Below are positions 47,634 through 57,256 of a DNA stretch of 64,000 nt, one piece after another. The number at the start of each line of letters is the position of its first letter. Position 1 is the first letter of the stretch. The stretch lies in NCBI GenBank assembly GCA_964291395.2, contig OZ219856.1:2176001-2240000 (forward strand), written 5' to 3'. Source of the DNA: Alphaproteobacteria bacterium. Its GTDB lineage: Bacteria > Pseudomonadota > Alphaproteobacteria > UBA2966. Both the position numbers and the translations under genes were made by a program. The notes beneath the pieces are model-generated. The model was not told where the DNA came from. It was given only the letters and a program-made list of their open reading frames with translations, and did no database searches.

Positions 47634-49262
47634 TCAGTTCGCAACGCGGTACAGGTTCTTGGAGTACCAGTTGTTCTCCACGTTGTTGTAGGGCCAGCCC
47701 TTGATGTCGGCGCGCAACAGAAAAGTATTGGCATAGTGATAGATCGGCACGATAGCCATGTCGTCGGCCAGGAGTCGCTCGACTTCGACGTATATCGCGC
47801 TCGGATCCTCCGCCGTCTTCGAGGCGCGCATCAGCTCGTCCACCTTTTCGTTCGAATACCTGCCGTCGTTGGCACCATGGGTGGTGGTGAGCAGGTCGAG
47901 GAAGGTCGAGGCTTCGTTGTAGTCGCCGCACCAGGCGGAGCGGGCCACGTCGAACTCCTGGTTTCTGCGGATATTGAGGTAGGTTTTCCACTCGAAGTTA
48001 GCGAGTTTGGTCCGGACTCCCAGTTTCTGCTTCCACATCTGGCCGATCACGGTCGCGATCTGCTTGTGGCTTTCGGAGGTGTTGTAGATGAGCCTGAGGG
48101 TTAGATCTCCGACCCCGGACTCGCCGAACAGACGCTTGGCCTCGGCATCCCGCTCGGACTGGCTGAGCCCGGCGTAGGCGATGTCCGGCATCCTGAATCC
48201 GGCCGTCTTGAGGTGAGTGAAGTTGTAGGCCGGCCACTGGCCGCCCTTCAGCAACTGGTCGACGATCACGCCGCGGTCGATCGCCATGCTGAGCGCCTTG
48301 CGTACCCGCGCGTCGCGAAGGGCGGGATTGCCGCTCTCGGTATGGTTGAAGGTGTAGTAATAGGAGCATAGGCGCGGGACGCTCGTGGCCTGGTCCGGCA
48401 GCTCCTTCTTGAGCGCAGGGTATTGTCCGGGCGGCAACGGCTCCAGATGATCGAGTTCTCCGGCGCGATACCGGGTAAGCGCCTGGTTCACGTCGTTGAT
48501 GACGAGGCCCGTGACCTTGTCGATGATCACGTTGTCGGTGCCCCAGTACATCGGGTTCTTGACGCGCGTGTGGTACTCGTTCAGCACCATTTCCTTGAGA
48601 ACGTAGGCGCCGTTCGAGACCATGTTTCCCGGCGCGGTCCACTGCGCTCCGTGGGCCTCGATGGTCGCGCGGTGCACCGGAAAGAGGGTGGCGTAGGTCG
48701 TCATCGCCGGGAAGTAAGGCAAGGGCTCTTCCAGCCTCACTTCGAGGGTGTGGTCGTCGATGGCCCTCGCCCCCAGCTCGGCCGGTGCCTTCTTTCCGGC
48801 GAGGATATCTCCGGCGTTGACCATCTGGGTGAGCTCGATGTACCAGCCATAGGGCGATGCCGTAGCCGGATCGACCGCGCGCCGCCAGGCATAGACGAAA
48901 TCGTGCGCGGTTACCGCATCGCCGTTCGACCACCTGGCGTCCTCGCGCAGCGTGAAGGTGTAGGTCGTATTGTTGTCCGAGGCTGCATAATGCGTGGCCA
49001 CCCCGGGGACGAGGTCGCCGTTCGCATCCTGATTCAACAGGCCCTCGAAGAGGTCACGGATGACGTGGTACCCTGAGGTTTCTTCGTTGAGTTGCGGATC
49101 GAGCGTCGGAAACTGGTCCAGCAGACGGTAGGTAAAGGTCTGATTGTCCGACAATGCCTCGCCGGTTGCGGGATGGGTTCCGGCGGCGTGGACCTGCATG
49201 CCCGCCGCCAGGACGAGGGCTGCGGTTGCGGCCACTGCTTTCAGGGTGGAGGTGAGCGTCAT
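47634..49262 (-). CDS. oppA: Oligopeptide ABC substrate-binding protein
   Basis: TLDP, DLFEGL, WSNGDAVTAHDF, VSNGAY, RSAWCGDY; signal peptide. Confidence 0.92.
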   Translation of the reverse strand: MTLTSTLKAVAATAALVLAAGMQVHAAGTHPATGEALSDNQTFTYRLLDQFPTLDPQLNEETSGYHVIRDLFEGLLNQDANGDLVPGVATHYAASDNNTTYTFTLREDARWSNGDAVTAHDFVYAWRRAVDPATASPYGWYIELTQMVNAGDILAGKKAPAELGARAIDDHTLEVRLEEPLPYFPAMTTYATLFPVHRATIEAHGAQWTAPGNMVSNGAYVLKEMVLNEYHTRVKNPMYWGTDNVIIDKVTGLVINDVNQALTRYRAGELDHLEPLPPGQYPALKKELPDQATSVPRLCSYYYTFNHTESGNPALRDARVRKALSMAIDRGVIVDQLLKGGQWPAYNFTHLKTAGFRMPDIAYAGLSQSERDAEAKRLFGESGVGDLTLRLIYNTSESHKQIATVIGQMWKQKLGVRTKLANFEWKTYLNIRRNQEFDVARSAWCGDYNEASTFLDLLTTTHGANDGRYSNEKVDELMRASKTAEDPSAIYVEVERLLADDMAIVPIYHYANTFLLRADIKGWPYNNVENNWYSKNLYRVAN

Positions 49263-49493
49263 TCGCGGTTTCTCGACCTGCATGGTTCTGTCTATGGGAC
49301 TTGACTCTCCGCGCGGTGATCTCGTCGCGTCGAATTCGTTGCGGCACCGGCGGACCGGATGCCGGCAATGGGTCCACCGTCGCCATCGGACGGCGTCTTG
49401 GAATGTTAATTGATGGTCGGGTTCGGCTCCAGCGGGGTCGAGCCGCGAATCACGCCGAGTCCGATCGCCTTCGGCCCCCGGCATTCGGCGGGT

Positions 49494-51824
49494 TCAGTTC
49501 GCGGCCCGGTGGACGGCGCGCCAGACCCTCTGCGGCGTGGCCGGCCCGTCAAGATGAGTCACCCCGTAGGGCGCCAGGGCGTTGAGAACCGCGTTGGCCA
49601 CCGCCGGGAAGGCGGCGATGGCGCCAGCCTCACCCAATCCCTTCACGCCCAAAGGGTTGGTCGTGCACGGAACGCCCTGAAACGCAAGGTCGAAGGACGG
49701 CAGGTCGTCAGCCCGCGGCAGCGCGTAGTCCATGAAGGATCCGGTCAAGAGCTGGCCCGTGTCCGGATCGTAGACCGCATGCTCCAGCAGGGCTTGGCCG
49801 ACACCCTGGGCAATCGCGCCGTGGACCTGCCCGGCGGCGATCATGGGATTGACGATCACGCCGAAGTCATCGACCGCCACATAGCGTAGCAACGTCACGA
49901 CCCCGGTCTCTGGATCAACCTCCACTTCGGCGATGTGGCAGCCGTTCGGAAAGGTTCCCTGCTCACGGATGTACAGATGGTAAGCTTCGAGGCCCGGTTC
50001 CATGCCCTCGGGCAGGTTGGCGGGGTCGCGAGCCAACCGAGCGACCTCGAAGAGGTCGATGCCGCGGTCCGTCCCCGCCACGCGGAATTGCCCATCGACG
50101 AACTCGATATCCGCCTCGGCCACTTCGAGGAATCGCGCGGCGACCTCCCGCCCCTTGGCGATGATCTTTTCGGCCGCGAAGTGCATCGCCGTCCCCGCCA
50201 TGAACGTGGCGCGGGAACTGCCGTGCCCGCCTCCCTTCGGAACAAGGTCGGTATCGCCCGCCAGGTATCGGACGCGCGCATTGGGCACACCCAGCATCCC
50301 GGAAACCAGTTGTCGGAAGGTGGTCTCGTGCCCCTGGCCGATCGCCGTGGTCCCGGTGATCAACGACACCTGATTGTCGTCGTCGAAGCGAAGTTCCACG
50401 TTCTCTTCGGGGGGACCCATGGTGATCTTGATCTGATGGGCGATCCCATAACCGCGCAGGCGACCCCCCGCCTCCGACCGTTTCCGCCGTGCGTCGAACT
50501 CCGTCAGCTCCAGCTTGGAGACCGCGGTATCCTGGTTGGCGGGGAAATCGCCGCTGTCGATGGTCGTGCCGCGTGAGTTGGTGAACGGCATCTCGGATTC
50601 CGGCACCAGGTTGCGGCGGCGCAATTCCGCGGGATCGAGGTTCATCTCCCGGGCCGCCTGATCGATCACACGCTCCATGAGGTAGACCGCTTCGCTGAAC
50701 CCGGGGCCCCGCGTGACGCCGGTTGGCGCCTCGTTCGTGTGCACGGCCTTGAGGTCGACGTGAAAGACGGGCACCGCGTAGACGGTGCCCATCAGGGCCA
50801 CGTATTGCAGGCTGCCGACCGTCCCCATGGCACCGGTCAGGTAGGCTCCCAGGTTGGCAAATGTCGAAACACGCAGGGCGAGGAACCGTCCGTCGGCGTC
50901 GAGCGCGAGTTCGGCATGACCTACGTGATCGCGGGCCTGATCATCTCCGCTGAAGGTGTCGCCGCGAGTGTTGATACACTTGACGGGTCGACCCGTTTCG
51001 CGGGCCGCCCAAAGGGTCAGCGCGTATTCCGGATAGGGAAAATTCCTGGCCCCGAATCCGCCGCCCACATCCGGCGCAATCAAGCGGACGCACTCGGTCT
51101 CCACCCCCAGCGATGCCGCGACGTTTCCGCGGATCAAGTGCAGTCCCTGGCAGGAAACGTACAGCGTATACCGCTTCGACCCCGCATCGAACGCACCGAT
51201 CGCGCCACGTGGTTCCATCGGATTCGTGATGACTCGGTGGTTGACCACGTCGACGCGCGCCACGTGCGCCGCGGCCTTGAACGCCGCGTCGACCGCAGCC
51301 CGGTCGCCGACGGACTCCTCGGCGCACAGATTGCTGTCGGACCCGTCGTTCAGGGGAATCGCGGCGGCGGCAAGTGCGGCTTCGGGAGTCGTCGTCGCGG
51401 ACAGGCTCTCGTAGCCGACCGCGATGCGCTCACCGGCATCGCGCGCCTGCTCGCGTGTCTCCGCCACCACGACCGCGACCGCCTCCCCCACGTGCCGCAC
51501 GCGATCCACCGCGAGGGGCAGGCGCGGCGGGTGCATGAACGGCTTGGCCGTCAGGGGGCTCCGCGACTGATAGGGCGCGATCGGGCGAATTCCGGCGCTC
51601 GCCTGATCCGGGCCGGTCAGGATGGTGAGAACGCCGGGCGCCGCGCGGGCGTCTTCCGTCTCGATCCCGAGAATGCGGGCATGCGCATGGGGCGATCGGA
51701 GCACGACGGCGTGCACCATACCGTCCAGCACCATATCGTCGACGTATGTGCCGGCGCCGGTCAGGAACCGTTCGTCCTCGACGCGTTTCGGCGCTCCACC
51801 GATGCCGGCTCGGCTCTCGTCCAT
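49494..51824 (-). CDS. Xanthine dehydrogenase family Mo-binding subunit 2
   Basis: RVEDERFLTG, GGGFGAR, VTRGPGF, GQGHET, KGLGEAG; GGGAGG RBS before ATG 51824. Confidence 0.92.
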   Translation of the reverse strand: MDESRAGIGGAPKRVEDERFLTGAGTYVDDMVLDGMVHAVVLRSPHAHARILGIETEDARAAPGVLTILTGPDQASAGIRPIAPYQSRSPLTAKPFMHPPRLPLAVDRVRHVGEAVAVVVAETREQARDAGERIAVGYESLSATTTPEAALAAAAIPLNDGSDSNLCAEESVGDRAAVDAAFKAAAHVARVDVVNHRVITNPMEPRGAIGAFDAGSKRYTLYVSCQGLHLIRGNVAASLGVETECVRLIAPDVGGGFGARNFPYPEYALTLWAARETGRPVKCINTRGDTFSGDDQARDHVGHAELALDADGRFLALRVSTFANLGAYLTGAMGTVGSLQYVALMGTVYAVPVFHVDLKAVHTNEAPTGVTRGPGFSEAVYLMERVIDQAAREMNLDPAELRRRNLVPESEMPFTNSRGTTIDSGDFPANQDTAVSKLELTEFDARRKRSEAGGRLRGYGIAHQIKITMGPPEENVELRFDDDNQVSLITGTTAIGQGHETTFRQLVSGMLGVPNARVRYLAGDTDLVPKGGGHGSSRATFMAGTAMHFAAEKIIAKGREVAARFLEVAEADIEFVDGQFRVAGTDRGIDLFEVARLARDPANLPEGMEPGLEAYHLYIREQGTFPNGCHIAEVEVDPETGVVTLLRYVAVDDFGVIVNPMIAAGQVHGAIAQGVGQALLEHAVYDPDTGQLLTGSFMDYALPRADDLPSFDLAFQGVPCTTNPLGVKGLGEAGAIAAFPAVANAVLNALAPYGVTHLDGPATPQRVWRAVHRAAN

Positions 51825-51911
51825 CCTTGTCCTCCCTCCCCTTCCCAATGATACTGACGTCGATGCTACGCACCCGATGCAAAGGGCCGGGCGCAGACAA
51901 GGTTTCCACGA

Positions 51912-53255
51912 ATGGCCGTCGAACAGCCCCCGAATATCATCTTCATGCATTCCCACAACACGGGACGATTCGTTCAGCCCTATGGCCACGCGGTGCCGAC
52001 CCCGAACCTGCAGCGCCTGGCCGAAGAAGGTGTGCTATTCCGGCAGGCATTCTGTACCGCACCCACGTGCTCGCCCAGCCGCGCGAGTTTTCTCTCGGGC
52101 ATGTATCCGCATTCCTGCGGCATGTACGGGCTCGGGCATCGCGGCTTCAAGATGACCGACTTCCGGCATCACGTCGTACATACGCTCGGGCGGCACGGGT
52201 ATCACACCGCGCTCGCGGGCGTGGAACATACCGCGCCGGATCCGACGGCCGCCGGTTACGCCGAACTGCTCTCCACCGAAGACACGAACTATCCGGAGTT
52301 GTCGGATACGCGGCATCCCGTCGAGGCGGCCGTCGAATTTCTGGGCCGGCATCACGCACGACCATTCTTCGTCTCGCTCGGCTTGAACGTGACCCACCGT
52401 CCGTTCCCGCCGCCGGATCCGGCGAACCATCCGGCCGAGGACGAACGCTACTGCACGCCGCCACCGCCGTTGCCCGACGTCCCCGAGATCCGGGCCGACA
52501 TGGCCGGATTCAAGGCGTCCGCCCGCGAGATGGATGACTCCTACGGCGCGGTGATGGACGCGCTCGACGCGAACGGCTTGGCGGAACGGACGCTGGTGTG
52601 CTGCTTCACCGATCACGGACTTCAATTTCCACGCCACATGAGCAACCTCGAAGACCCGGGCATCGCGGTCTATCTCATCATCCGGGGACCCGACGGTTTC
52701 GCCGGCGGGCAGGTCGTGGACGAGATGGTCAGCCTGATGGATCTGGTGCCGACCGCATACGATCTCGCGGGTATCGAGCAGCCGGCGTTCGTGGAAGGCG
52801 TGTCGCTGCGTCCTCTGGTCACCGGCGAGCGTGACAGCGTGCACGATACCATCTTTGCGGAGAGCAACTATCACGCGGCTTACGAACCCATGAGATGCGC
52901 CCGTACCAAGCGCTACAAGTACATCCGCCGCTACGACAACCGGGACCGGCCGAACCTGCCCAACGTCGACGACACCGACAGCAAGGCGTTCCTTCTGGAA
53001 CGGGGCTGGCGGGACCAGGGCCGCGACCGGGAACTGCTCTACGACCTGATCTTCGATCCGTATGAAACCAACAATCTGTTCGACCTTCCCATGATGCGCG
53101 AGGTCATCGGGAACCTGCGCGGGCGCCTTGAGGCCTGGATGCGGAAGACCGGCGACCCGCTGCTCGAGGGCGACACGGTACCGGCACCCCGTGGCGCGGT
53201 GGCCAACGATCCCGATGGCGAGTCGCCCAACGAGCCCGTCATGACGATCGGCTGA
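51912..53255 (+). CDS. Formylglycine-dependent sulfatase (sulfamidase-like)
   Basis: PNIIF, TPNL, CSPSRAS (CxPxR), FTDHG, ELLYDL. Confidence 0.92.
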   Translation: MAVEQPPNIIFMHSHNTGRFVQPYGHAVPTPNLQRLAEEGVLFRQAFCTAPTCSPSRASFLSGMYPHSCGMYGLGHRGFKMTDFRHHVVHTLGRHGYHTALAGVEHTAPDPTAAGYAELLSTEDTNYPELSDTRHPVEAAVEFLGRHHARPFFVSLGLNVTHRPFPPPDPANHPAEDERYCTPPPPLPDVPEIRADMAGFKASAREMDDSYGAVMDALDANGLAERTLVCCFTDHGLQFPRHMSNLEDPGIAVYLIIRGPDGFAGGQVVDEMVSLMDLVPTAYDLAGIEQPAFVEGVSLRPLVTGERDSVHDTIFAESNYHAAYEPMRCARTKRYKYIRRYDNRDRPNLPNVDDTDSKAFLLERGWRDQGRDRELLYDLIFDPYETNNLFDLPMMREVIGNLRGRLEAWMRKTGDPLLEGDTVPAPRGAVANDPDGESPNEPVMTIG

Positions 53256-53286
53256 CGCAGATCTTCACCGAGCAGGCGATTGCGAG

Positions 53287-54048
53287 ATGGATACCGGCGG
53301 GTTCACTGAGGACGAGACGTTCACGGTCCGGATCACCTCGGACGCGGAGGAGGCCAGCCACCACGCCGCGACCGTCATCGTGAATCAGATCAGGCGAAAG
53401 CCGGACAGCGTCATATGCACGGCGAGCGGCGAGACCCCGGTCGGCACCTATGCCCGTCTGGCGGAATTGACGGCAGGCGGGAATTTGGCGGACCGGATCT
53501 CGATCGTGAAACTCGACGAGTGGCTGGACATCCCCCTTGACGATCCCCATACCTGCGAACGCTTCCAACGCGAACACGTGCTTGGCCCCCTCGGCGTTCC
53601 GGCCGCAAGGTACATCGGGTTCGACAGCCAGCCCTCGGAGGAATGGGCCGAATGCCGGCGCATAGAACGGGAGATCGAGCGCGCGGGCGGAATCGACCTC
53701 GCCGTCCTCGGCATCGGCGTCAACGGCCACATCGGGCTGAACGAGCCCGCCGAGTACCTGCACCTCGGCTGTCACGCGACGGAGCTTGCGCAAACCACCA
53801 TCGATCACACGATGCTGGAAGGCGTCGCGCAACCCGTGACCCGCGGCATTACGATGGGCATGCGCGACATACTCGGCGCACGCCTGATCCTGTTGCTCGC
53901 CCTGGGGGATCACAAGGCCGAACCCGTGCGGCAACTGATGAGCCGGCGGGTAAGCTCGCGGCTGCCCGCGTCGTTCCTGTGGCTCCATCCCAACGTGAGC
54001 TTCATCTGCGACCGCGCGGCCGCGCGCAACATCGCGGGAGACGGGTAA
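53287..54048 (+). CDS. agaI: Galactosamine/glucosamine-6-phosphate isomerase (deaminase)
   Basis: SGETP, VKLDEW, TCERF, GIGVNGHIGLNEP, PVTRGIT, PASFLWLH; closely resembles AgaI as recalled. Confidence 0.85.
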   Translation: MDTGGFTEDETFTVRITSDAEEASHHAATVIVNQIRRKPDSVICTASGETPVGTYARLAELTAGGNLADRISIVKLDEWLDIPLDDPHTCERFQREHVLGPLGVPAARYIGFDSQPSEEWAECRRIEREIERAGGIDLAVLGIGVNGHIGLNEPAEYLHLGCHATELAQTTIDHTMLEGVAQPVTRGITMGMRDILGARLILLLALGDHKAEPVRQLMSRRVSSRLPASFLWLHPNVSFICDRAAARNIAGDG

Positions 54049-54049
54049 G

Positions 54050-55000
54050 GTGCCGGCCGCGGAGTCACACGGGCCCGCGGCCATCGGCATCGATATCGGT
54101 GCAACCAAGGTCCTGGGTGGCGTGGTGGATGTCGGGACCGGCGCGGTCCTGCACGCCGAGGAGATCCCCGCGCTCCCGCGACGCGATCCGGCTACCGTGC
54201 TCGACGACGTCCTCGGGCTGGCGGAGAGGATGCGGGATGCCGCGGCACGGGACCGCCTGACCGTTCGCGGGCTCGGCGTCGGCATCGCCGAGATCGTCGA
54301 CCCCAATGGCGGGATCACGACCCGGGACACGTTCGACTGGCTCGACCTTCCGGTGCACCAACGCTTTGGAGAGGTCGCGTCGCCCGTCGTCATCGAATCG
54401 GACGTACGCGCGGCTGCCTGCGCGGAAGCACGCTACGGCGCGGGACGGGGTCTCGACACCTTCGCCTACGTCACGATCGGCTCGGGTATCAGCAGTTGCC
54501 TGATGATCAAGGGCCGACCCCTGGTGGGGCATACGGGGGGCGCGATCGCGCTGACATCGGCGACGACCCGGGAGCGCTGCCCGAGTTGCGGCGAGACGCA
54601 CGACTTCTGTCTCGAAGCGTACGCGTCCGGATTGGGGATGACCCGCCGCTATGCGGAGGCGACATCCCGTGACGTCCGGCGAACGGAGGAAATCTTCGAT
54701 GCGGCTGCCTCGGGCGACGTCGAGGCGGTTCACGTCATCGAGTCCGCCGCCCAGGCGCTGGGAAAGGCCCTGGCTCAGTTGGCCAACCTGTTCGACCCCG
54801 CCGCGATCGTGCTCGGGGGTGGCCTGGGTTCGGCGGCCGGTCTCTATCACGATAGGCTGATCGAGTCGGCGCGCCGGCAGATCTGGCATGAACCCGTCCG
54901 CTCGCTGCCCATCGTCCGTGCGGAGCTCGGAACCGCCTCGGGTGTGGTGGGCGCGGCGCTTCGGGGCGCCGAGGGTCCGGTTGGGCAAGGAGCGAAGTAG
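54050..55000 (+). CDS. ROK family sugar kinase
   Basis: GIDIGATK, ESDVRAAACAE, IGSGI, CPSCG...CLEAYASG; no HTH. Confidence 0.9.
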   Translation: MPAAESHGPAAIGIDIGATKVLGGVVDVGTGAVLHAEEIPALPRRDPATVLDDVLGLAERMRDAAARDRLTVRGLGVGIAEIVDPNGGITTRDTFDWLDLPVHQRFGEVASPVVIESDVRAAACAEARYGAGRGLDTFAYVTIGSGISSCLMIKGRPLVGHTGGAIALTSATTRERCPSCGETHDFCLEAYASGLGMTRRYAEATSRDVRRTEEIFDAAASGDVEAVHVIESAAQALGKALAQLANLFDPAAIVLGGGLGSAAGLYHDRLIESARRQIWHEPVRSLPIVRAELGTASGVVGAALRGAEGPVGQGAK

Positions 55001-55002
55001 GT

Positions 55003-56139
55003 ATGGCCCGCAAGCGGCAGCCCTATCGGCTGGGTGTCATCGGATTCGCCCACATGCACGTGAACGAACTCGTGGCGCGGTTCCTCGCCCACGACGGAGT
55101 CGACCTTGTCGCCTGCGCGGATACCGTGCCTCGCGTGCCCTCGCTCACCGAGGTTGAAGGCAGCCGCAAAGCGAATCTCAAACGCGCGCTCGCGGCGTCC
55201 GATGGCGCCAAGGCCTTTGCCGATTACCGGGATATGCTCGATTCCGAAGAGCTCGACATCGTGATCTTCTGTCCCGAGATCGCACGACACGCGGAAATCG
55301 CCGAAGCCCTGGCGGATCGCCGCATCCATATGCTGACCGAGAAGCCGATGGCGGCAAGCCTGTCCGATGCCCTGCGCATGGCGCGCGCGGCCCGGCAAGC
55401 GGACGTCGTGCTGATGGTCAACTGGCCCATCACCTGGCGGCCGTGGGTACTCGCGGTCAAGGACCTCATCGATGCCGGCAGGATCGGAGACGTCTGGGAG
55501 TTCAAGTGGCGAAACGGTCCGTCTCTCGGACCGCTGGCCGCCGGCAGCCTGCACCCGGGCGATACGATGGTCTCCGGTGTGCTGACCGATGACGAGAAGG
55601 CGGCCGAATGGTGGCATCAGTCGGACACCGGCGGCGGCGCCCTTCTCGACTACTGCAGTTACGGGGCCTGCCTCTCGACCTGGTATTTGGACCGGCATGC
55701 CATCTCCGCGCAGGGCCTGAAGATGAACCTGCTGAGCCGGTTCGGCGACGCCGACGACAATGCCGCGATGCTCGTCCGCTTTCCCGATGCCATGGCCGTT
55801 CTCGAGGCGACCTGGACGACCTTCCACGCGGGCGTACCCCACGGGCCCATCGTCTTCGGCACGAAGGGCACCATCGTCGTGGACGGTGCGCAGGCAAAGG
55901 TCTATCAAGACCGGGACAGTCCGGAGCCGACGGCGACCCACCGCGGCGACCCCTTTCCCGCCGGACGCGCGACCATCGCCGAGCAGTTCATTCGCCGCAT
56001 CGAGGCCGGCGAGGACCCCCACCCGACGCTGGACATACCGCTCAATCTCGCGGCGACCGCAATCCTGGATGCCGGAATCCGGTCGGCGGCAAGCGGCAGG
56101 GTCGAGCAGGTCGAAACTCCGATTTGGGACGCCGGATGA
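55003..56139 (+). CDS. Gfo/Idh/MocA family oxidoreductase
   Basis: GVIGFAHMH, EKPMA, GGGALLDYCSY. Confidence 0.9.
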   Translation: MARKRQPYRLGVIGFAHMHVNELVARFLAHDGVDLVACADTVPRVPSLTEVEGSRKANLKRALAASDGAKAFADYRDMLDSEELDIVIFCPEIARHAEIAEALADRRIHMLTEKPMAASLSDALRMARAARQADVVLMVNWPITWRPWVLAVKDLIDAGRIGDVWEFKWRNGPSLGPLAAGSLHPGDTMVSGVLTDDEKAAEWWHQSDTGGGALLDYCSYGACLSTWYLDRHAISAQGLKMNLLSRFGDADDNAAMLVRFPDAMAVLEATWTTFHAGVPHGPIVFGTKGTIVVDGAQAKVYQDRDSPEPTATHRGDPFPAGRATIAEQFIRRIEAGEDPHPTLDIPLNLAATAILDAGIRSAASGRVEQVETPIWDAG

Positions 56140-56167
56140 CCCGCCATCCGGCGGCAGCGCCCCTGCC

Positions 56168-57256
56168 ATGATACGCATGGCCTCCGTCGGCTATGGCGAC
56201 ATCGCGCGCCGACGCCATTTTCCCGAACTCCTGGACTTGCGCGGCCGGGCCGAGCTGGTCGCCATCGCCGGCCGTGACGAGCCCTCGCTCGCGGCCTGCG
56301 CCCGCGAGCTCGATATCCCGGACTGGTATTCCGACGCGGACGAGATGCTGGCACGCGACGACATCGATGCGGTCCTCGTCCTGACACCGCCCGGCAGCCA
56401 TAGCCTGTTCGCACGAAGGGCCATCGAAGCCGGCAAGCACGTCCTGCTGGAGAAGCCGATGGTCATGTCGGTCGAGGAGGCAACAGGTCTCCTCGAAGCC
56501 CTCAGAACCCGACAGGACAGGAATCCGATCACGTTCCTTCCCCTGCCCCACGTGGACATCCCCGAGCACAAGGCCGCCGCCCGCCTGATCGCGGCCGGCG
56601 CGATCGGCGAGGCAACCAGTGTCGAATGCCATCGCGGCCATCGCGGCCCCACGCACGCCGGCTGGTTCTACCGGAAGGAACTCGCCGGCGGCGGCGTGCT
56701 CTTTGATCTCGGCATCTATCAGGTCAGTGCCGTGGTCTCGTTGTTCGGCCCGGCCCGAACCGTGACCGCGCTGTGCGACCGCCGTTTCGAGACGCGAACG
56801 ATGGATGACGGCACGGTGATCGAACCGGATGTCGAGGACAGCGCCCTTGTGAGCTTGCGGCTCGAGAACGGCATGGCCGCGTCCATCAACGCCAACTGGA
56901 ACGGGTATGTCACCCACCGCGCCACGCGGCGGCGAGTCACCGTCGTCGGGCGCGAGGGCAGCCTGCATTTCGGCGTCGACGACGGTGGCATCTACATTCA
57001 CCGGTCCGACGATGATTACGGCATCATCGGAGGCGCGTCTGAGGAAACCCGATTCGACGGATACGCCTGCCGCCGACTCGTGCCCGACGGCGATGCGGCG
57101 CCGTCGACCGTCGTGGGCGACTTCGTGAACCTGATCGAGACGAGGGAGACGTCGACGCGCGCCCTGGAGATGCAGGTGCACGTCATGGAGATCATCTTCG
57201 AGGCCTATCGGGCGGGGGACGCCAACGGGGTACGTGCGCTCAAGACACGATTCTGA
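56168..57256 (+). CDS. Gfo/Idh/MocA family oxidoreductase
   Basis: VGYGDIA, GKHVLLEKP, GGGVLFDLGIY; start at ATG 56168. Confidence 0.9.
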   Translation: MIRMASVGYGDIARRRHFPELLDLRGRAELVAIAGRDEPSLAACARELDIPDWYSDADEMLARDDIDAVLVLTPPGSHSLFARRAIEAGKHVLLEKPMVMSVEEATGLLEALRTRQDRNPITFLPLPHVDIPEHKAAARLIAAGAIGEATSVECHRGHRGPTHAGWFYRKELAGGGVLFDLGIYQVSAVVSLFGPARTVTALCDRRFETRTMDDGTVIEPDVEDSALVSLRLENGMAASINANWNGYVTHRATRRRVTVVGREGSLHFGVDDGGIYIHRSDDDYGIIGGASEETRFDGYACRRLVPDGDAAPSTVVGDFVNLIETRETSTRALEMQVHVMEIIFEAYRAGDANGVRALKTRF

